From positions 9,837-73,836 of the forward strand of contig JAGLDK010000008.1 of the NCBI GenBank assembly GCA_023145615.1: a DNA stretch of 64,000 bases, read 5' to 3'. The stretch's first letter is position 1, and each line of letters starts with the position of its first letter. Below, piece after piece: positions 46,294 through 56,051 of the stretch. Position numbers and translations under genes: made by a program. Below the pieces are notes generated by a model, which saw only the letters and a program-made list of their open reading frames with translations, made no database searches and was not told the DNA's origin. This stretch comes from Ichthyobacteriaceae bacterium (GTDB lineage: Bacteria > Bacteroidota > Bacteroidia > Flavobacteriales > JADGDT01).

Positions 46294-46950
46294 ATTTTAA
46301 TATTTTCACTTTATTTTGTCATATAACCATAACGATTAAGATAATACAAATTGTTTTTTACGGTAAAATGGTGGGTACCATCATATAGGTTGTTTTCATA
46401 GCTTCGCTACTTAAAGTCACATAAACTTTAAGTAAAATAGGAAATACGCTCATAATTAAGACAAACAACAAAAGCATAAAAAATATCAGTTTGTTTTTGT
46501 AAAAAATGAAGAGCTGATTAATGAAAATCACTACTATATATTACTTTAAATTTAAGTTTTCTAAGTCAGTAAACATCTACTAAACCTCTTGTTTTCGTTG
46601 AATAAATAGGTAAAGCCGATTTACGTAACCATCAAAAACAACACACCCAAACTATGTGCTTTAAATCGATATAAAAGATTTTACATTCCAATGTATTTTT
46701 AATTATGAGCAGTAAAATTAACAACTAAAAAAACACCATTAAAAACTAATTACTGCATAAAACATTAAACAACAACCTTAAACTTAAACACCTTATAAAC
46801 AGCATACTTAAATATATAGTAAGTTTCATACTGAAACATTAAAAGGAATATTGCATTATATATTTCAATGTAAATGTTGCAATAATTGAAACATTACTTT
46901 ACTTTTAATAAAGAATTACTAATTAGTATATCAACATTAAATAATATATT

Positions 46951-47385
46951 ATGACAGGAGATATTACATTTTCTATGATTAAACCAGGAGCTGTAGGTAA
47001 TGGTTTTATAGGTCCTATTTTAGATAAAATTACGTCGGCAGGTTTTACAATTGTAGCACTAAGAATGACTCAAATGACGAGATCGGAAGCTGAGGCTTTT
47101 TATTACGTTCATAAAGAAAGACCATTTTTTACTGAATTAGTAGAATTCATGGTTGGTGGTCCTATAGTTGCAGTAGTGTTGAAAAAAGAAAATGCTGTTG
47201 AGGACTTCAGAACTTTAATAGGAGCAACTAATCCTGAAGAGGCTGCTGAAGGAACTATCAGAAAAATGTATGCCGAATCGTTAGGGCATAATGCAATTCA
47301 TGGATCGGATAGCGATGATAACGCTAAACGTGAAGTTTCATTCCATTTTTCTACTAGAAAGATTTTTTACAATTGCTCAAAATAA
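46951..47385 (+). CDS. ndk: Nucleoside-diphosphate kinase
   Basis: 144 aa with motifs [19 protein letters not shown] and the active-site context NAIHGSDS. Confidence 0.9.
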   Translation: MTGDITFSMIKPGAVGNGFIGPILDKITSAGFTIVALRMTQMTRSEAEAFYYVHKERPFFTELVEFMVGGPIVAVVLKKENAVEDFRTLIGATNPEEAAEGTIRKMYAESLGHNAIHGSDSDDNAKREVSFHFSTRKIFYNCSK

Positions 47386-47553
47386 ATTACTATTTACTGT
47401 TATTTACAGTAATATATAACAACAACACTCTGTTAAATTTTTTATTTAACACTCTTAAAATCAGTAACATTAAATAGCTATAATTTTCATTATACTTGAT
47501 TTTACTGATATACAATGTGTTATAGCAAAAAATAACGGACTATTATAATAACT

Positions 47554-47581
47554 AAAAAGGGGGATTTACCCCCTTTTTTTG
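47554..47581. terminator. Rho-independent terminator downstream of ndk
   Basis: AAAAAGGGGG ATTTA CCCCCTTTTT hairpin plus a T-run. Confidence 0.8.
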
Positions 47582-47602
47582 GTAACTACAATTTCTTGTA
47601 AA

Positions 47603-48784
47603 ATGAAAAAAGACGTAGTAATTGTTTCAGCTTTAAGAACACCTATTGGAAGTTTTGGAGGAGTTTTTTCTAAAATATCAGCAACCAATTTAGGTGCTAT
47701 AGCAATTAAAGCAGTAATTGAAAACTCAAAAATAGATACGAATGAAATAGATGAAGTATTTATGGGAAATGTTATTCAGGCAAATAACGGACAAGCACCT
47801 GCTAGGCAAGCATCAATAAAGGCCGGAATTGCTAACACAGTACCATGCACCACTGTAAACAAGGTGTGCTCATCGGGTATGAAAGCAATGATTTTAGGGG
47901 CGCAAAGTATAATTACAGGAGATAACGACGTAGTAATTGCAGGTGGAATGGAAAACATGTCGTTAATACCTCATTACTTAGAAAAAGGTAGAACCGGACA
48001 AAAACTTGGTAATTTAAACTTAGTAGACGGATTGCTAAAAGACGGTCTTTTAGATGCGTATACGGGTAAACACATGGGAGAAAGTGCCGAACTTTGTGCC
48101 GACAAATACCAATTTACAAGAGAAACACAAGATGAATATGCAGTTGAATCATACAAAAAATCGGCAGATGCATGGAGTAAAGGTTTGTTTAAAAACGAAA
48201 TTGCTCCTGTTGAAGTACCTTTAACAAAAGGCAAAACAACAATTATAGATACAGATGAAGAATTTACTAATGTAAAATTCAACAAAATATCGTTATTAAA
48301 ACCCGTATTTAAAAAAGAGGGTACAGTAACTGCTGCAAATGCATCAACATTAAACGATGGAGCATCGGCATTACTATTAATGAGTTCCGAAAAAGCAAAA
48401 GAACTTAAATTAAAACCATTAGCTAAAATTGTTTCTTATGCCGACGCTGCTAATGAGCCTGAGTGGTTTACTACAGCACCTGCAAAAGCTATGAAAAAAG
48501 CTATTGACAAAACCAATTTATCAATTAAAGACATTGACTATATTGAAATAAACGAGGCATTTTCTGTAGTAAGTTTAGCCAATATAAATATACTAAACCT
48601 TAATAAAGATATTGTAAATGTAAATGGTGGAGCTGTATCTCTTGGTCATCCGCTAGGTAGTTCTGGATCTAGAATTATTACAACTTTAATAAATATATTA
48701 ATTCAAAAAGGCGCTAAATATGGATTAGCGGGTATATGTAATGGAGGAGGTGGCGCCTCGGCTATGATTATTGAACGTATTTAA
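47603..48784 (+). CDS. Acetyl-CoA C-acetyltransferase (thiolase II)
   Basis: The track ORF starts at TTG 47579, inside the terminator T-run. ATG 47603 gives the canonical MKKDVVIVSALRTPIGSFGG N-terminus. Active-site contexts are NKVCSSGMKA, ..GHPLGSSG.. and ..CNGGGGASA. Confidence 0.9.
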   Translation: MKKDVVIVSALRTPIGSFGGVFSKISATNLGAIAIKAVIENSKIDTNEIDEVFMGNVIQANNGQAPARQASIKAGIANTVPCTTVNKVCSSGMKAMILGAQSIITGDNDVVIAGGMENMSLIPHYLEKGRTGQKLGNLNLVDGLLKDGLLDAYTGKHMGESAELCADKYQFTRETQDEYAVESYKKSADAWSKGLFKNEIAPVEVPLTKGKTTIIDTDEEFTNVKFNKISLLKPVFKKEGTVTAANASTLNDGASALLLMSSEKAKELKLKPLAKIVSYADAANEPEWFTTAPAKAMKKAIDKTNLSIKDIDYIEINEAFSVVSLANINILNLNKDIVNVNGGAVSLGHPLGSSGSRIITTLINILIQKGAKYGLAGICNGGGGASAMIIERI

Positions 48785-48938
48785 AACAATAAATAACAAC
48801 TATTGAAAATACAGTTTTAAATATAAATACTACGCAAAAACATGTTATAATAAAAAAACACTTTTAATCTAATAACAGCTTGAATTTTTTCATTATTTCA
48901 CTATATTAGAACTACTTAGAAACCTAATAAATTAAACA

Positions 48939-49103
48939 ATGAAAAAAATAAAAGAGAACATTAAAGAAACTACCCAGAAGCTAAAAAGACTAAAGGTTAG
49001 ATTAGATTATAAAACATTTATAACAATTAAAGATATTAGTTCTTTAAAAATTTGGAAAGATCGCTATCCTAATGCAAAAGTAGTAGGCGAAATTTATATT
49101 TAA
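48939..49103 (+). CDS. Hypothetical small protein (54 aa)
   Basis: Own reading: ATG 48939 to TAA 49101-49103, MKKIKENIKETTQKLKRLKVRLDYKTFITIKDISSLKIWKDRYPNAKVVGEIYI. It is below the ORF-track cutoff and has no recognisable family. Confidence 0.3.
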   Translation: MKKIKENIKETTQKLKRLKVRLDYKTFITIKDISSLKIWKDRYPNAKVVGEIYI

Positions 49104-49323
49104 AATAAATGACGCCACTTAAACTATTTTTTTGTATTTTTAATTAAGTTCACTACTTAATTACCATTTTTAGAGTAAAATTGTAATAGAGTGTGAATGT
49201 GTTGAAAGGAGATTGTAAGAAAACACATATATATTTATATACGATTTAGATTATACTTTTTTTAAATCTTAAATATACATATCTTGCAACCAACCAATAA
49301 ATAACAATTAAAGACTCTATACC

Positions 49324-50022
49324 ATGTTAAATTGCATCACAGTTGACGACTCAAATATCCAGCTAAAGGTTATATCTGAGTTAGTTAGACAACACCCGTC
49401 ATTAAAACTTGTTGGTTCATTCACTAATGCTATTGAAGCACGTGAAGGTTTAAAAAACTTAGAAGTTGACTTAATATTTTTAGATATTGAAATGCCTGTT
49501 GTATCAGGGTTCGATTTTTTAGAAACTTTTAAAGATATTCCACAAGTTATAATTGTAACTTCTAAGAAAGAATATGCCTTTGAAGCTTTCAAATATGACG
49601 TTACTGGATTTTTAAATAAGCCAATAGATAAAGATTCTTTTCAGAAAGCTATCGACCGTTCATTATTGTTCCACGAAAACGTATTCAATAAAGAAGAAGA
49701 TACTACCGAAGACGAAACTATTTTTGTAAAAAGTAACCTTGTAAACAAAAAGGTTTTCTTAAAAGATATTAAATGGATTGAAGCAGTTGGTGATTACGTA
49801 AAAGTAGTTACTAATTCTGAAAACCATATTGTACTTTCAACAATGAAAGCTTTTGTAGCTAAATTGCCGGAAGAAAGATTTATGAGAATTCATAAATCAT
49901 ATATTGTTAATCTTGAAAGAGTAAAAAGATTTAACAGTAAAACTGTAGATATTGAAGATCATAAACTGCCTTTAAGTAGAACAAAGAAAATAAAATTGTT
50001 TGATATGTTAAACGCAAATTAA
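49324..50022 (+). CDS. LytTR-family response regulator (REC + LytTR DNA-binding domain)
   Basis: 232 aa with a receiver domain (VDD.., phospho-acceptor context LIFLDIEMP, ..NKP) and a C-terminal LytTR domain (..IEAVGDYVKVVT.., ..RIHKSYIVNL). Confidence 0.85.
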   Translation: MLNCITVDDSNIQLKVISELVRQHPSLKLVGSFTNAIEAREGLKNLEVDLIFLDIEMPVVSGFDFLETFKDIPQVIIVTSKKEYAFEAFKYDVTGFLNKPIDKDSFQKAIDRSLLFHENVFNKEEDTTEDETIFVKSNLVNKKVFLKDIKWIEAVGDYVKVVTNSENHIVLSTMKAFVAKLPEERFMRIHKSYIVNLERVKRFNSKTVDIEDHKLPLSRTKKIKLFDMLNAN

Positions 50023-50050
50023 CTAAAAGGTTAAGTCTTTTAATTATATA

Positions 50051-50089
50051 AAAAAAGAGGAGTGCTATATATAGCACTCCTCTTTTTTT
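50051..50089. terminator. Bidirectional rho-independent terminator
   Basis: GAGGAGTGCTAT AT ATAGCACTCCTC 12-bp stem flanked by A7 and T7, between convergent genes. Confidence 0.85.
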
Positions 50090-50190
50090 ATATAAATATT
50101 TCTGGATAATATAGCTATCTATTATAACGCAAAATAATACGTGTATATTTAAAACCAAATAACTATATAATTGTTTTTTTTAATCATCAA

Positions 50191-51084
50191 TTATACCAAA
50201 ACTACATTACGTTTTTTAGCAATTATGTTAGGCAAAATCATTCCTGATAAAATAACTAACACTCCAAGCCATTGTAATGCTGTAACATCCTCATGCAACA
50301 AAAAACTTGAAGCTACAACAGCTACAGGTAATTCGGCTGCACTAATAATAGAACTTAATCCTACTCCAATACGAGGAATTCCAATTGAAAATAACAAAGG
50401 AGGTAATACAGCTCCGAATATGGCTAATAACACTCCATAAGGAATAAGTCCCTCGTACAATGCACCATTCACCAAAAACATTGGTGGATGTAGTAAAGAA
50501 GTTAAAATCATAGCTCCAGTAACCATTAAAGCACTCTTTTTAAGTGGTCGAATATTTTCATCTCCACTCTTTCCGCTGAAAAAGATAAAAAGAGCATACG
50601 AAAAGGCAGAAACTATACCAAAAACAAAACCTTTTAAACTAAAGTTATTTAATCCATGTTCTAATATTCCGGCTGCTAAAACAGTACCAAACATCAATAC
50701 TAAAGATGAAATAATTTTAAACTTATTAGGAAGTTGTTTGGTTGAAATTGCTTCGAATAAAACACCAATCCAAGTAAACTGAAAAAGTAATAATATAGCT
50801 AACGATGCTGGCATAAGTTGCACTGCCTGATAATAAGAAAAACTTGTAATTCCTATTGGAATACCCATCAACATAGTTGCAACTATACTTTTTGCTGATA
50901 ATTTATTTCCTTTATCTTTTTTAGAAGTTAAAAGAACCATTGCCCACAAAATTATTGTACCAAAAATCATTTGACTACCAGTTGCATCAAACGCACTAAA
51001 TCCAGCTTCGTAACTAAACTTAGCTATTGTTGATAATATTCCGTAGCTAGCTGCTCCCAAAAAAACTAAAAAACTATACTTCAT
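50191..51084 (-). CDS. EamA/DMT-family transporter
   Basis: 297 aa with about 10 TM segments in two EamA-like halves. Confidence 0.75.
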   Translation of the reverse strand: MKYSFLVFLGAASYGILSTIAKFSYEAGFSAFDATGSQMIFGTIILWAMVLLTSKKDKGNKLSAKSIVATMLMGIPIGITSFSYYQAVQLMPASLAILLLFQFTWIGVLFEAISTKQLPNKFKIISSLVLMFGTVLAAGILEHGLNNFSLKGFVFGIVSAFSYALFIFFSGKSGDENIRPLKKSALMVTGAMILTSLLHPPMFLVNGALYEGLIPYGVLLAIFGAVLPPLLFSIGIPRIGVGLSSIISAAELPVAVVASSFLLHEDVTALQWLGVLVILSGMILPNIIAKKRNVVLV

Positions 51085-51266
51085 ATATCTGTTGTTTCAA
51101 TTTGTTAAATACAAATATAAACCTACCACACTGAACTACTGCATATTAAGTGCTGACAACTGATGAAATCATGACAAATAAACAATTAACACTGATAAGT
51201 ATGTGTATTTTAATATATTTCAATAAAAATACTTGTAAATTCGCATAAATTTTTTAAACCATAATT

Positions 51267-52433
51267 ATGAGTAACAAAATTACTTCTCTTTTAGTACTAC
51301 TAACTATTTTCACTTTTTCAACAAGTGTAAATGCTCAAGAAACTGAAGAAATCAAACCTAAATTTAAAATAGGTGGTTTTATTAAAACCGATTTTATTAC
51401 AACACAGTATAACAATGGAAATGCTGAAAAGGGTAACTTTTTAAATGATTTTCATTTAGCTTCGAAACTACCAGTAGGTAATATTGATAGAAATATCAAT
51501 ACTAATTTTCATGTAAAAGAATCGAGATTAAACTTAACTGTAAACCACAAAATTGGAGATAATACATTAAAAGCTTTTGCTGAAATTGATTTTATGCTTT
51601 CTCCTTCGGGAAACTCAATTATTAGTAATTCGTTTGCACCCCGTTTAAGACACTTTTTTGTAAACTATAACAATTTTACTTTCGGACAAACTTGGAGTAC
51701 ATTTATGATTGTAACCCTTCCGGATGATTTAGATTTTACAGGAGCAGGAGAAGGTATTGTATTTGTTCGTCAACCATTAATTAAATATTCTACTAATGGA
51801 TGGCAATTTGCATTAGAAAACCCTACAAGTACATACATGTATTCTAATGCTGAAATTAATGATAAACAACATTACACTAAACAAACTAAAGTAAACGATC
51901 TTGTGCCTGATGCAATTATTCGTAAAGACTTTAAAGGAGATTGGGGAAATTTTTCGGTATCAACAATATTCAGAAATGTACATGTTGACAATAACGATTC
52001 TGATTATTTTGGATACGGAACAACTTTAGGTGGTAAATTTAATGTTGGAGAAAAAGATGATATTAGATTTACAGTTGCTGGAGGTCATGGAATTGGACGC
52101 TACGTTGCTTTAGGTTTAGTAACAGCCGGAGAATTAAATGCTGATAATGAATTTAAAACACTTCCGGTAGCAAATGGTTACGTTAGTTATTTACACCATT
52201 GGAATAACAAATTCCGATCAAGCATAAATGCATCTGCATTATATGCCGAAACTAGTATATTAAAAAATACTGAAGGTACTAAATCAGCATATAGTGGATC
52301 GGCAAACCTAATATACTCTCCGGTAGCTGGGTTTTTAGTAGGTGCCGAGTATATGTATGCTTACAGAGAATTAACTAATAAAACTGAAGGTAGCTTTAAT
52401 AGACTTCAATTTTCTGCTAAATATTCTTTCTAA
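51267..52433 (+). CDS. Porin-like outer-membrane beta-barrel protein
   Basis: 388 aa with a signal peptide (..STSVNAQE), alternating amphipathic strands and a C-terminal aromatic ..LQFSAKYSF. Confidence 0.6.
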   Translation: MSNKITSLLVLLTIFTFSTSVNAQETEEIKPKFKIGGFIKTDFITTQYNNGNAEKGNFLNDFHLASKLPVGNIDRNINTNFHVKESRLNLTVNHKIGDNTLKAFAEIDFMLSPSGNSIISNSFAPRLRHFFVNYNNFTFGQTWSTFMIVTLPDDLDFTGAGEGIVFVRQPLIKYSTNGWQFALENPTSTYMYSNAEINDKQHYTKQTKVNDLVPDAIIRKDFKGDWGNFSVSTIFRNVHVDNNDSDYFGYGTTLGGKFNVGEKDDIRFTVAGGHGIGRYVALGLVTAGELNADNEFKTLPVANGYVSYLHHWNNKFRSSINASALYAETSILKNTEGTKSAYSGSANLIYSPVAGFLVGAEYMYAYRELTNKTEGSFNRLQFSAKYSF

Positions 52434-52463
52434 AAAAATATTACTTTAATAATAAATATACTA

Positions 52464-52493
52464 AAGCTGAGATGTAAATCTCGGCTTTTTTTT
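52464..52493 (+). terminator. Rho-independent terminator
   Basis: AAGCTGAGAT GTAA ATCTCGGCTT hairpin (one G-U pair) followed by T8. Confidence 0.75.
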
Positions 52494-52612
52494 GTCTAAA
52501 ATTTTAAAGAACTTCATACTCTATTCTTTCAAAAGCAAAATTTTTATATTCTAACATTATTATTTTGTCTCTATTTTTATTCGTAGATTGTAAGTAGCTA
52601 ACCCTAAATACT

Positions 52613-53503
52613 ATGAAAATGGAAACACCATTCCCTAAAATAAGTATTGTTACTGTAAATTTTAATCAACCAGAAGTAACCGAAGATTTATTAAAAAGTT
52701 TAAAGAACATTAGTTACCCAAATTACGAAGTATTTGTAGTTGACAATGGATCATCAAACAACAATTTATCTCTTCTTGAAAACAAATATCCCGATATAAA
52801 TTTCATATATAGTTCCGAAAATTTGGGCTTTGCAGGTGGTAATAATTTAGCAATGAAACTAACTACCGGAGATGCTGTATTATATATTAATAACGATGTT
52901 GAAGTTCCGAAATCGTTTTTAGAACCTTTGGTTAAAAGATTGTATTCTGAAAAAAACATAGGAATGGTAAGTCCTAAAATAAAATTCCACCACACCCCTA
53001 CTCATATTCAATATGCTGGTGCAACAAAAATGAATCCTTTAACTATAAGCAATAAGCAAATAGGATATAACGAAAAAGATATAGGGCAATACAATCAATC
53101 AAGACAAACAAATTATGCACATGGGGCATGTATGTTAGTTTCAAAAGATGCAATTGACTCAATTGGATATATGGAGAATACATTTTTTCTTTATTACGAA
53201 GAAATTGATTGGTGTGAGCGTATTAAAAAAGGTGGATACAAAATTTGGTACGAAGCTAATTCTGAAATTTATCATAAAGAATCTATCTCAACAGGTAAAA
53301 ACTCTCCTTTAAAAACATACTATTTAACACGGAATAGATTGTACTACGCCAAAAGAAATCAAAGCAAAATTGATTACGCAATTGGAGTATCGTATTTTAC
53401 ATTGTTTTCTATACCCGTAAACACTATAAAATATGTTTTTAAAATGGAAATTGATTTATTAAAGTCTTTTTACAAAGGAATAAAGTGGAATCTAGTAAGG
53501 TAA
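52613..53503 (+). CDS. Glycosyltransferase family 2 (soluble, rhamnosyltransferase-like)
   Basis: 296 aa with motifs ISIVTVNFNQPE, VVDNGSSNN and NNDVEV (DxD). Confidence 0.85.
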   Translation: MKMETPFPKISIVTVNFNQPEVTEDLLKSLKNISYPNYEVFVVDNGSSNNNLSLLENKYPDINFIYSSENLGFAGGNNLAMKLTTGDAVLYINNDVEVPKSFLEPLVKRLYSEKNIGMVSPKIKFHHTPTHIQYAGATKMNPLTISNKQIGYNEKDIGQYNQSRQTNYAHGACMLVSKDAIDSIGYMENTFFLYYEEIDWCERIKKGGYKIWYEANSEIYHKESISTGKNSPLKTYYLTRNRLYYAKRNQSKIDYAIGVSYFTLFSIPVNTIKYVFKMEIDLLKSFYKGIKWNLVR

Positions 53504-53509
53504 TTTATC

Positions 53510-54742
53510 ATGGAATATTTAGAAAAAGTATTATCAACAGCACTTTTTGTGTTTTTTATTTATGCTTGGTTTTCGGTATCGTACATCTTTTTTTATTCGT
53601 TTTTAGGTTTATTTAAAACAAAAAAACGAACAATACGTAAAGTAAAAAACAAACTCCGCAAATTTGTAGTTTACATACCTGCGTACAAAGAAGATGCAGT
53701 TATAGTTGATGTAGCAAACACTGCAATGAAACAAAACTACAATAAAAAATTATTTGATGTGGTTGTAATTGCCGACAGCCTAAAAACTGAAACACTTAAT
53801 AAGTTAAGAAAAAACAATATTGAGGTAATTGAGGTTTCATTTGAAAAAAGCACAAAATCGAAAGCTTTAAATTTTGCAATGAAAAATGTAGAGCCTCTTA
53901 AATACGATGTGGCTTTAATACTTGATGCAGATAATGTTATGAAAGATGATTTTTTAACAAATATTAATATGGCCTTTAATAGAGGTTTTCAGGTTGTTCA
54001 AGGTCATAGAATTGCAAAAAACTTAGATACTAATTATGCTATTTTAGATGCTATATCCGAAGAAATAAACAATAATATTTATAGTGTAGGACATAGAGTT
54101 ATTGGAATGTCATCGAGGTTAATTGGGTCGGGCATGGCCTTTGATTTCGAATTATTCCGTAAAACTATGAAAGATATTAATGCTGTTGGCGGATTTGATA
54201 AAGAACTAGAATTGAAGTTAATGAAATCGAAATACGTTTTTGAATATGTTGAAAATGCTTACGTTTATGACGAAAAAGTTAATAATGCAACAGTAATGAC
54301 AAATCAAAGATCGAGATGGATTTCTGCACAATTTTATTATTTACGCAGATATTTACTTTCGTCGATTTATCATTTAGTAAAAGATTTTAATTTAGATTTT
54401 TTCAACAAAGCTCTACAAATGGCACTGCCTCCAAGAGTACTACTTCCTGGCGTGTTATTTTTTATAACAATTATTGCTTTAATAACAAGTCAAAGCAGAG
54501 AGGTTTATACATTCGGAACTTTATTTATGGTAAATATAATAGCTTATGTAATAGCTATTCCACGCAAATTTTACAATAAAAAAACATTGGATGCTGTAAT
54601 TTACGGAATCCCAAATATTTTCTTAAAAACATTATTATCGATAGGCAAAATGACTAAAGCTAATAAAACTTTCATACACACTCCACACACAAATACTAAG
54701 GTTGACGAATCGATTACAAAAAAAAATAAATTTAAGGTTTAG
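53510..54742 (+). CDS. Membrane-embedded GT2, processive synthase-like (QxxRW motif)
   Basis: 410 aa with an N-terminal TM, a GT-A domain (LDADN), a QRSRW motif and several C-terminal TM helices. Confidence 0.8.
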   Translation: MEYLEKVLSTALFVFFIYAWFSVSYIFFYSFLGLFKTKKRTIRKVKNKLRKFVVYIPAYKEDAVIVDVANTAMKQNYNKKLFDVVVIADSLKTETLNKLRKNNIEVIEVSFEKSTKSKALNFAMKNVEPLKYDVALILDADNVMKDDFLTNINMAFNRGFQVVQGHRIAKNLDTNYAILDAISEEINNNIYSVGHRVIGMSSRLIGSGMAFDFELFRKTMKDINAVGGFDKELELKLMKSKYVFEYVENAYVYDEKVNNATVMTNQRSRWISAQFYYLRRYLLSSIYHLVKDFNLDFFNKALQMALPPRVLLPGVLFFITIIALITSQSREVYTFGTLFMVNIIAYVIAIPRKFYNKKTLDAVIYGIPNIFLKTLLSIGKMTKANKTFIHTPHTNTKVDESITKKNKFKV

Positions 54743-54863
54743 TAATTTTAAACTGCATCTTAGTTTATTTCAATACTAAAATTAGAGTTATAAAAGAGTA
54801 GTTTACATTTTATATTACAACTATACTTTTATAATTCTTCAGTTCAACTAAAACCCAAAAATC

Positions 54864-56045
54864 ATGAGAATTGGAATAGAAGCGCAAAGAATTTTCAGAA
54901 AGAAAAAACACGGCATGGATATTTATGCTTTAGAATTAATACGCCATTTACAACAAATTGACAAAATAAATAAATATTTTGTTTTTGTAAATCCAGGAGA
55001 AGACAGTAATTGTTTGCACGAAACCCAAAATTTTAAAATAGTAACTCAAGAAGGAGTTTACCCTGTTTGGGAACAATATTACTTGCCAAAACTTACAAGA
55101 AAATACAATTTAGATTTACTTCATAGCACATCAAATACAACTCCAATTTTTATTAACATACCTTTAGTTGTAACATTACACGATATAATATTTTTAGATA
55201 ATTCGTTGCTATTAAATTCAAACTTTACAGTTTATCAATATTTCGGAAATATTTACAGAAATATTATTGTATCAATACTATTAAGAAAACAGATTAATTG
55301 GATTACTGTTTCGAATAGTGAAAAGGAAGAAATATCAAAAAAAATAAAACATACCCAGAGTAGCATAAAAGTAATTTACAACGGATTATCAAACTCTTTC
55401 AAGAAAAACAATAATGCAACTGAACTTAAAAATGTTGCTGAAAAATATAAACTTCCCAAAAATTTCATATTAAATATAGGAAATACCGATCCTAAAAAAA
55501 ACACTGAAAAAAGTATTGCATCAACAGCTTTGTATAAAAAAGAAACTAATTCGGATATTAAAATAGTTATAATAGATTATGACATATTAGGAATTGAAAA
55601 AATACTTGAAAAGCACGATGCTATACATTTAATAAACGATTATATATGTATTGGATATGTTGATAATGCAGATATGTCAACAATTTTTAGTTTGGCAAAT
55701 ATGTTATTATTTACATCGGTACGAGAGAGTTTCGGAATACCTGTTATTGAAGCAATGTCGTGCGAGTGCCCTGTTGTGGTTTCTAATATAAGCTGTTTAA
55801 TTGAAATTTCTGATGGGTCAACTTGTGTTGTTAATCAGCATAGTATAAATGATATAAAAATAGGAATTAAAAAAGTTTTAGAAAATAAGGAGTACAGAAA
55901 TGAACTTATTTTTAAAGGTATAGCCAAAGCAAAAGAATTTTCGTGGACAAATTGCGCAACTGAAACTCTTAGTAAATACGAAGAAGTAATTAGCCCCGAC
56001 ACAAATAAACACTCGTATAAATCGCCCGTAAAAAACCTAAACTAA
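54864..56045 (+). CDS. Glycosyltransferase family 1 (GT4-like)
   Basis: 393 aa with N-terminus MRIGIEAQRIF..HGMDIYALELIRHL and a C-terminal E..G.PVIEAM pattern. Confidence 0.8.
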   Translation: MRIGIEAQRIFRKKKHGMDIYALELIRHLQQIDKINKYFVFVNPGEDSNCLHETQNFKIVTQEGVYPVWEQYYLPKLTRKYNLDLLHSTSNTTPIFINIPLVVTLHDIIFLDNSLLLNSNFTVYQYFGNIYRNIIVSILLRKQINWITVSNSEKEEISKKIKHTQSSIKVIYNGLSNSFKKNNNATELKNVAEKYKLPKNFILNIGNTDPKKNTEKSIASTALYKKETNSDIKIVIIDYDILGIEKILEKHDAIHLINDYICIGYVDNADMSTIFSLANMLLFTSVRESFGIPVIEAMSCECPVVVSNISCLIEISDGSTCVVNQHSINDIKIGIKKVLENKEYRNELIFKGIAKAKEFSWTNCATETLSKYEEVISPDTNKHSYKSPVKNLN

Positions 56046-56051
56046 CGTATT

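Noticed and set aside
47559-47573. GGGGGATTTACCCCC considered as a third copy of the G-tract element seen at 23010 and 27807.
   Set aside because: It forms a self-complementary hairpin with flanking A and T runs directly after ndk. It is a rho-independent terminator, not the same element.
47579-47602. TTG start (47579) for the thiolase, as given in the ORF track.
   Set aside because: The TTG lies inside the T-run of the ndk terminator hairpin. ATG 47603 yields the canonical thiolase N-terminus MKKDVVIVSALRTPIGSFGG.
49317-50440. ORFs 49317..49592 (-), 49931..50158 (-) and 50171..50440 (+), which overlap the response regulator, the terminator region and the EamA gene.
   Set aside because: They are shadow frames of supported genes, or they span a terminator hairpin. 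No motifs support them.
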